Assembly (NCBI GenBank): GCA_043732485.1
Contig: JAYTHP010000111.1
Coordinates: 1-33,319, forward strand
Direction of reading: 5' to 3'
DNA: 33,319 bases
Origin: Oligoflexia bacterium
GTDB taxonomy: Bacteria; Bdellovibrionota; UBA1018
The translations under genes were made by a program, and so were the position numbers. Positions 27,312-33,319 of this stretch are shown one piece after another. Position 1 is the stretch's first letter, and each line of letters opens with the position of its first letter. The notes beneath the pieces were generated by a model that searched no databases, was not told the origin of the DNA, and worked only from the letters and a program-made list of their open reading frames with translations.

Positions 27312-28254
27312 ACGATGGCATTCCTTTGGTTGGCAGCGGTAACTGCGACCTAACGTTCGGCCTAAAGCGAGTCAGCTCCTCTTCCGCCTGCAAAGAGGGA
27401 TCACTGCCTGGCGGGGTATTCACAAAAACGGCAGGAGTGGCGACGTTTTGATTGAGAATCAATTCCTCAACCCGCTTCTCCTCAGGCAAACTTAGGACGG
27501 TTTGAGCGATATCCTCGCCCCCGATCTGGTTGATGCGAATCTCATGCACCAGCACCCCGTTATCGGTAATTTTAGCGACCCAGCCGCCTTCTGAACCGAT
27601 TTTCATTTTCTCAGCAATTAAAAAACTACGATTTTTATCATCCACGAGCAGTGCTCTGAGCCGACGCAAGCCTGATAAAACCGCGACCACCTTTAAATCC
27701 TTGAGTACAATTTTTTCAAGCTCAGTTTTTGGAGGTCCCACCGCAAGCACCGCCGCTTCAAACGGCATAAACGGATCGCGCTTGGGTCCAAGACCCGGGA
27801 ATCCAGGCAAGCCTGTCGGAGCTTTCAGTGTGGTGACCAAGCCTCCGGCAAGCGGCATCAAAGTCGGGCTTGCAACCGGCTGGGGCAAAATCGAACTCGT
27901 ACCCGCCGGTGGTAAAATCGGGATGCCTGCGGCAGGATTACTGCTGCTACCAACTCCGCCGACCAACGGTGCGGCACCTCCCACCCCTGCAACACTTGAG
28001 ACGGCCGCTGGGTCGCTACCCGCAGGAACGCCAGGATCGGCCCGCCCAAGGCTTGCCACCGTCATCATTGGCAAACACAGCAACACACCCACCAATCCCG
28101 CTCTTTGACGGGCAAGCGCTAGCAACAGCCGGGCGATCACGCTACTCTCACCACCACCACCGCCATCATCAACGAGGCTCACAGCTCTTTGGGGCTGACT
28201 TAAACTGGCGGCTGTCATCAGCTCTTTTGCCTCATCCGTTGCAAGTTTCCTCAT
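27304..28254 (-). CDS. pilP: Type IV pilus assembly protein PilP
   Basis: KRDPFMPF, LEK..LKDLKVVAVL, ALL and KIGSEGG.V.KI. Lies between pilO and pilQ. Confidence 0.82.
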   Translation of the reverse strand: MRKLATDEAKELMTAASLSQPQRAVSLVDDGGGGGESSVIARLLLALARQRAGLVGVLLCLPMMTVASLGRADPGVPAGSDPAAVSSVAGVGGAAPLVGGVGSSSNPAAGIPILPPAGTSSILPQPVASPTLMPLAGGLVTTLKAPTGLPGFPGLGPKRDPFMPFEAAVLAVGPPKTELEKIVLKDLKVVAVLSGLRRLRALLVDDKNRSFLIAEKMKIGSEGGWVAKITDNGVLVHEIRINQIGGEDIAQTVLSLPEEKRVEELILNQNVATPAVFVNTPPGSDPSLQAEEELTRFRPNVRSQLPLPTKGMPSYE

Positions 28255-29015
28255 GGTTTCGCTCCCGCTGGCGTGGGAGCAGCAGCAGCAGCAGAAGAAG
28301 AAGGCGGAGGAGGAGACTGCTGCTGGGGTGTTTGCGGCCCGGGGCTTGCGGAAGCACCTGGTAGTGTGCTCGCCGCTCCGGCGCTGTTTTTTGCTGGATC
28401 CACAGCCTCACCTAGGGTGTCGGCTTTGCTGCCGTTATAGGTAAAAGTGGAGAGCTGAATCACGCCGTCTAAGATCTGAAACCTTCCGCCGCTCGGCTCA
28501 GTTTTACTTTTCAGGGAAAAATTATCAGCTCGCACGATCTGGGTTAAATTGGCCATACGGTCTAAAAAATTGTCAATTTGCGAAAAAATCCCAGTGATTT
28601 TAAAATCAAAACTATGTTTAGAGTAAAACTCTTCTTTCACCAAACCAACCGGATTAATTGACTTAATGTTAATTCCAGCCCGTTTGGCTTCCAGGTAAAG
28701 CGTCTTGACGAAAGCCGAGTCGTCAGAATTTTCACTAATAGAGGTTTTTAGGTCCTGCAGGGACCTAGCAAAGTCCCGCACTTCCACCCGTCTGGTCTCA
28801 AGTGAGGCCTCAAACTTCTCAAGCGTGATGACTTTTTCTTGCAGTTTCTTGGTGTCTTCTTCAGCTTTTTTAAGCTTTCCGGTCGCCAATTGTCGCTCGG
28901 AAGCGTCATCGTATTCAAAAGAATAGAAGTCCCATCCCGCGTAGGCGAGATACCCGAGCAGCAGGACGCTCCAGGGCAACTGATTGATGAGTGCTTTTAT
29001 CTTTTCAACATCCAT
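28251..29015 (-). CDS. pilO: Type IV pilus assembly protein PilO
   Basis: TM helix, coiled coil, then AKRAGINIKSI.P...EEFY...ITGIFSQIDNFLDRMANLTQIV. Confidence 0.87.
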   Translation of the reverse strand: MDVEKIKALINQLPWSVLLLGYLAYAGWDFYSFEYDDASERQLATGKLKKAEEDTKKLQEKVITLEKFEASLETRRVEVRDFARSLQDLKTSISENSDDSAFVKTLYLEAKRAGINIKSINPVGLVKEEFYSKHSFDFKITGIFSQIDNFLDRMANLTQIVRADNFSLKSKTEPSGGRFQILDGVIQLSTFTYNGSKADTLGEAVDPAKNSAGAASTLPGASASPGPQTPQQQSPPPPSSSAAAAAPTPAGAKP

Positions 29016-29109
29016 GTCTTTTAGATCACTTTCATCAACAAACCTTGACCCACGTTTCTAGCACTTCGCTCAACCACGCTTCACCTCACCCCGCAAACTA
29101 TTGCCTGAT

Positions 29110-29757
29110 TCACTTCCATCCCGACCGAAGCTCAAAGTCATCGCGTCCAGCCGTCTTCTCGCTACCCTTGCCGCCTTGCTTCGCCAGTTCTGAAGACTCC
29201 TTCAGTTCTAGCTCTGGAAAACGCCCTGTTTCTCTCAGGTTCTTCATAAAATCAGAGATTTGATTGTAATCGGTCGCTTCCCCGCGAACGAGAATTTTCC
29301 CAGCCGTGACACTGTATTCGGTCAGCCAGGCTTTTTGCGGGATTTTGCTCGAGAGAATCTCAAGCATCGCAACCGAATCGCCCCGACCTTCAATCAATTT
29401 TTTTAAAATATCAAGCTTGTTACGAATGATACTTTCATCCGCATCCAGCTCTTTTTTGAGTGCGTCGTAAACCGACGCCTTCTCAAGCTGCTTACTCAGT
29501 GCCGTGGCCTTTTCCTGCTCTGCTGCAAGCTCCGCTCCGAGCACACTCAATTGATGACTTTTGTACTGATCAAGAAACGAGTAGACGACAAACGCTATCA
29601 CCATCGGCACCAACATTTTGTGAAGACCCAGCTCCTGCAAGGCTGCAAAGTTCAGCTCCTTGAGCTTTGCCAGGAGCGACTCCGAGGAGTGAGCACTTTG
29701 CCCACTGCCGCTAGATCCCAAGAATCTTTTTTTGGATAACAAATTAATCTTAATCAA
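29110..29757 (-). CDS. pilN: Type IV pilus assembly protein PilN
   Basis: N-terminal IKINLL PilM-binding motif, IPQKAWL and G.A...ISDFMKNL. TTG start overlaps the pilM stop. Confidence 0.88.
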   Translation of the reverse strand: MIKINLLSKKRFLGSSGSGQSAHSSESLLAKLKELNFAALQELGLHKMLVPMVIAFVVYSFLDQYKSHQLSVLGAELAAEQEKATALSKQLEKASVYDALKKELDADESIIRNKLDILKKLIEGRGDSVAMLEILSSKIPQKAWLTEYSVTAGKILVRGEATDYNQISDFMKNLRETGRFPELELKESSELAKQGGKGSEKTAGRDDFELRSGWK

Positions 29758-30866
29758 GGAGATCCCATTCTGAGCGCAAGCCCAAGCGGGATGGAAGCCA
29801 GCGGACCGATATTAGAGATATAGTCCTCGGTAAACACCTGAGGGTCATAGCTGATCGCATTAAAAGGATTGAGTAGCTGGGTCGGGACGTTCAAAAAACT
29901 CTCAATCGCTTTCGCAAGCCCTCTGATCTTCGAGCAGCCACCGGTGAGCAAAACGTGACTGACAGCATCCCCCGAAGACGAGGCTTGATAAAAATCGAGT
30001 GACCGTTTGATTTCCAGCGCCAGATTTTCAACCATCACCGCCATCAGCTCATTCAGTTCCTGCGGCATCGAGCGGCCATCTTGATCGCCGATTTTTAAGC
30101 TTTCCGCGTCGACGTAGGACAAATTAAGGCTTTGTTGGATGTCGTGCGTCAAATTTCTGCCACCAATGGAGGAGTCTTTGGTAAAAAGCGGGATTTGATT
30201 TTGCATGATAATGATCTTCATCGAGGAGGCCCCTAAATCAACCAGGGCCACCGCCTCCTTAAGGCTGCCAGGATAATTCTCCTCAAAAATGTTTTGCAGA
30301 GCAAAAAAATCAACATCCATGATCTGAGGCTTCAAGCCGGCGTCTTGGATACAACGCGAGTAGGCCTCCAGGTCATTTTTCTTCACCGCCACCAACACTA
30401 AATCAGTGGATCCCTCCCTAGTGCGCGACAAAACGTGATAATCCATCACCACTTCTGAGACGTCAAACGGCAGGTATTGCTCGGCTTCCCAGTAGGTCTG
30501 ACTGGCTAGGTCTTTTAATTTTGGCGCCTCAACCGCCATTCTTTTGATGATCATCGAAGTGCCCGCAAGCGCAGCACACACCACGTCCCCCCCCAGTTTG
30601 ATCTGGGCTAGCAGGGCTTTAATGCTTTCTGTGGCCGCAATCGAATTAATGATCTCGCGGTTGATGATAATGTCTTCAGCCAGCTGAATGACGCCAAAGT
30701 GCAGGAGTTGCCAGCTTCCCCTTAATCTTTTTAACTCTACCAACTTAATAGAGGAGGTACCAACACTCAAGCCAACCACGGTCTCGGATCTACCACCAAG
30801 TGATCCTACAAACTGGCTTAAAAAATTAGCAACCCCTTGCACAGAGAAAAGAGAAGTCTCGCTCAT
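29754..30866 (-). CDS. pilM: Type IV pilus assembly protein PilM
   Basis: VGLSVGTSSIKLVEL, EAEQYLPF, AGLKP..MDVDFFAL, VDLGA, EIKRSLDFY, LTGG, NPF and GLALR. Confidence 0.94.
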   Translation of the reverse strand: MSETSLFSVQGVANFLSQFVGSLGGRSETVVGLSVGTSSIKLVELKRLRGSWQLLHFGVIQLAEDIIINREIINSIAATESIKALLAQIKLGGDVVCAALAGTSMIIKRMAVEAPKLKDLASQTYWEAEQYLPFDVSEVVMDYHVLSRTREGSTDLVLVAVKKNDLEAYSRCIQDAGLKPQIMDVDFFALQNIFEENYPGSLKEAVALVDLGASSMKIIIMQNQIPLFTKDSSIGGRNLTHDIQQSLNLSYVDAESLKIGDQDGRSMPQELNELMAVMVENLALEIKRSLDFYQASSSGDAVSHVLLTGGCSKIRGLAKAIESFLNVPTQLLNPFNAISYDPQVFTEDYISNIGPLASIPLGLALRMGSP

Positions 30867-30998
30867 ATTTCAAATATACTATAAATATTGACTGATGAAC
30901 AGAACCTACGAACCTAATTCATGAAAATAGCATCAAGCAATCAGCCCAGACTCAACTCAAACTGAACGCGACGCAAAAAAAAAGGAGCAAACCACAGG

Positions 30999-31685
30999 CT
31001 AGTCCAGCTCCATTTCCGCAAGGCTGCCTGAGAGCAGGAGTAGCGAGAGGCGATCGACTCGGCGCTCAGTAAAATCTTTGACGCTCACCACCGCAAACGC
31101 CAAATCGTTTGCAGTCGTCGCTTTTGCATCCATCTCCAAACCCTGCGCTCCCACTCTTGCGTCATAGCAAAAAGAATCCACTAACCCGGGTACGCCAAGC
31201 TCCAGACCTTGAGCAGGCGTAAGTAGCTGGTAACGCTCTCCGCCAAAAAGCCCCCCGAGCTCAAGTCCCTGCAAAACGCCTTGCTCCAGTCGCTCAACGA
31301 CCTCCTGGGGAACCGGAGCCGTAGATGCAGAGTGCAGGGAAGGACAAACCGTAAACTTCTCAAGCACATAGAGCAGGGTTTGTGGGCTTGCAGACGCCTC
31401 TAGAAACCTGAGGTGCACCGCTCCGCGCTCATGAATGGCGGCACGCTTGACGCGGTTCAGCACCTGGGCAAGCTGGCGCGTGAGATCGCGCGAGGCCCAC
31501 TTCGGCATTTTCTCAGCAATAATCGGCACGGCTGAGAGCACCAAAAAGACCACGACCGTGCCTAGCATCCAGAGTCTTTTTTGCCGATGAATTTTTTGTT
31601 CCGTGATTTCCCACAGTTCGTAATAGTCCCAGGCGGCCTTCGACCAGCGGTCTTCGGCTAGATCGGAATCATGAATTGGAGCCAA
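30999..31685 (-). CDS. Single-TM protein with a FimT/GspH-like helix but no class III signal peptide
   Basis: TM segment followed by P..W..R...RQLAQVL..VKRAAI....V.LRF and two Cys. Probable TTG start at 31685, 6 nt after GGAGG. Overlaps the end of pilD. Confidence 0.6.
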   Translation of the reverse strand: MAPIHDSDLAEDRWSKAAWDYYELWEITEQKIHRQKRLWMLGTVVVFLVLSAVPIIAEKMPKWASRDLTRQLAQVLNRVKRAAIHERGAVHLRFLEASASPQTLLYVLEKFTVCPSLHSASTAPVPQEVVERLEQGVLQGLELGGLFGGERYQLLTPAQGLELGVPGLVDSFCYDARVGAQGLEMDAKATTANDLAFAVVSVKDFTERRVDRLSLLLLSGSLAEMELD

Positions 31686-32527
31686 GCGCTTCCTCCCCAA
31701 AAGTAAAAGATCAAAGCCCCTACCGCTAGAAAAGGCCCATAAGGAATGGCAATTTGCAGCAACTGTTCTTTCTTTTTAGCCTGCCCGCTGCTCAGTGCCA
31801 GCGCCAACCCCGCGAAACTGCCTAACACCGAGCTTAAAAAAATGGTGACAAAAACCCCCACAGGCCCTAAAAAAGCACCAAGCATCGCCAGTAACTTGAC
31901 ATCCCCACCCCCCAAACCGACCACCTGCTTCCAGCGATAGTACAATTGCGCCAGACTCCAAAACAGCCCGTAACCCATTAAAGCTCCAGCAAGACTATAA
32001 AGCGCACTCAAGCCGTCCGCCTCACCGCCTCGCACCCCTGCCAAGCCCCACACCCCTGACGTGATCAGCCCAAACAACAAGCCCCCGAGACTTAAAACAT
32101 CGGGGATGATGCGGTGGTTGAGATCAATCACAGAAATGGCAATCAGCAGCATTAAGAAAGGCCAATCCCGGGCATAAACCACCCAATTTGTGCCAAAAGT
32201 GGCGCGCGCCGCTAGGAACAGCAGCAAGGTGGTGAGCTCCACTAAGGGATAGCGCCAGGAAATCGGCTTGCGACAAAACCGACACTTTCTCCCTAGCCAG
32301 AAAAAACTGACCAGTGGTAGATTGTCCCTCGCCCAGAGTTGCCGATGGCACCGAGCACAAAAACTACGGGCGCGGGCAAAAAACTTACGTTTGGGCACGC
32401 GGTAGATCACCGCGTTCAAGAAACTGCCTGCCACCAACCCCAACAACGCACAAAGCAAGGTGGCCAGCGGTTCAGGCGGGGTAAGCGAGGCTGTAATGAC
32501 GGCAAAAAAACTAATCAGCGACGACAA
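31658..32527 (-). CDS. pilD: Prepilin peptidase / N-methyltransferase
   Basis: GSFLNAVIYRVP, two CxxC motifs, ISWRYPLVE, catalytic ID and GGGDVKL, and PYGPFL. Confidence 0.95.
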   Translation of the reverse strand: MSSLISFFAVITASLTPPEPLATLLCALLGLVAGSFLNAVIYRVPKRKFFARARSFCARCHRQLWARDNLPLVSFFWLGRKCRFCRKPISWRYPLVELTTLLLFLAARATFGTNWVVYARDWPFLMLLIAISVIDLNHRIIPDVLSLGGLLFGLITSGVWGLAGVRGGEADGLSALYSLAGALMGYGLFWSLAQLYYRWKQVVGLGGGDVKLLAMLGAFLGPVGVFVTIFLSSVLGSFAGLALALSSGQAKKKEQLLQIAIPYGPFLAVGALIFYFWGGSAWLQFMIPI

Positions 32528-32597
32528 CCACTTCCCCTTTTCTCTTGGATCTTCAACCCGTTACCTTTGCAGGCAACCCAGTTTTTAGCTCTTGCGC

Positions 32598-33319
32598 TTA
32601 AGCCTCGCGTTGACGCACCAGCTGGCTTGCCACCATCAAGAAAAAAACCATGAGGCTTAACGCCGAGGCAAACCCCAGCATAATCTGAGACGCTGGTATC
32701 GGTAAACTATAACTGACTTCTTGGGCAAGACTCAAGTTTTCTAAGTTGGGGAAGAAAAAGCAAAACAGTTTGAGCAAATGATGCATCCCGTCTTTTTTCT
32801 TCTCTGCTAAAGCCAGTAACTGAGAGACATTGGAGCTGATCATCGCAAAACCGATGCTGCAAATCACCGAAAGTGAGGTGGTAAAGAGCGCCGAAAAGGC
32901 CAGCGCCACACTTGCCCAAACCTGGCTGCGCAACACCACGTTGATTAACGCCCAAAACAGCGTCCAAGAAAAAGATAGGAAAAACTCAGAAGAATTTAAA
33001 CCCACCAAGAGCAAATAGACGCTGACTTGCATCAGCCAGTTGAGGATTAAAACCGCCGAAAGTCCGACAAATTTTCCTAAAATGAAATGATACCGCTCAA
33101 TCGGATGCGACCAGACAAGGTAAATGGTGCGCTTTTCAAACTCTTTGGGGATCAAGCCTGAGCCGATAAAAATTGCAATCATCGCTGAGGTCAAATCCAC
33201 CGTCAGCAGGCCAAAATCGAGGACCACTTTTTCCGGGCGAAAAATGTTCAGTTGGGTCGCAAGCATCCCCATAAAGAGCAAAAAAGCGGAGGTAAGCAAG
33301 ACGTTATATAGTAATTTAT
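32598..33319 (-). CDS. ABC-2-type permease, PilI-like; 5' end outside the window
   Basis: The frame stays open to the right edge (..KLLYNVLL). Motifs DFGL, KEFEKRTIY...PI.R..FILGKF.G and FPNLE. Lies upstream of pilD. Confidence 0.8.
   Translation of the reverse strand, partial: KLLYNVLLTSAFLLFMGMLATQLNIFRPEKVVLDFGLLTVDLTSAMIAIFIGSGLIPKEFEKRTIYLVWSHPIERYHFILGKFVGLSAVLILNWLMQVSVYLLLVGLNSSEFFLSFSWTLFWALINVVLRSQVWASVALAFSALFTTSLSVICSIGFAMISSNVSQLLALAEKKKDGMHHLLKLFCFFFPNLENLSLAQEVSYSLPIPASQIMLGFASALSLMVFFLMVASQLVRQREA

Noticed and set aside
5618..31001. Stop-codon reassignment to explain long C-terminal tails
   Set aside because: TAA, TAG and TGA all end conserved genes, and no conserved gene has an internal stop. 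Readthrough at the other TAG stops is out of frame with the next gene or hits TGA.
188..33018. Many short ORFs antisense to or overlapping the main genes (e.g. 875-1372, 27530-28108, 23565-23996)
   Set aside because: They are shadow frames of well-supported genes and carry no recognisable motifs.

Overview
This is a core chromosomal segment of a Gram-negative bacterium, most likely Bdellovibrionota or a related former deltaproteobacterium (inferred from gene content and order). Nearly all genes are on the minus strand. Read from the right end, the order is: PilI-like ABC permease (truncated), pilD, a pilin-like gene with no prepilin cleavage site, pilMNOPQ, a TPR gene, efp, accB, accC, an SgmX/Bd2492-like TPR gene, tamB, a six-POTRA Omp85 (TamA/BamA), rplM and rpsI. 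A lone ribD follows on the plus strand. Next come rpsB-tsf-frr-uppS-cdsA-rseP-tsaB-pssA and a truncated secreted-type ORF that the ORF track missed. I found no mobile elements, CRISPR arrays, rRNA or tRNA. Five things stand out. (1) pyrH is cleanly absent between tsf and frr. (2) Type IV pilus, TPR hub and TAM genes sit in one cluster, with no room for mglC. (3) efp and rplM have matching candidate leaderless promoters with palindromic spacers. (4) Housekeeping proteins carry many low-complexity and tandem-duplication expansions, alongside a strong strand skew, which could indicate a host-associated lineage under drift. (5) TTG starts are frequent. All assignments come from motifs read by eye; no database searches were run.
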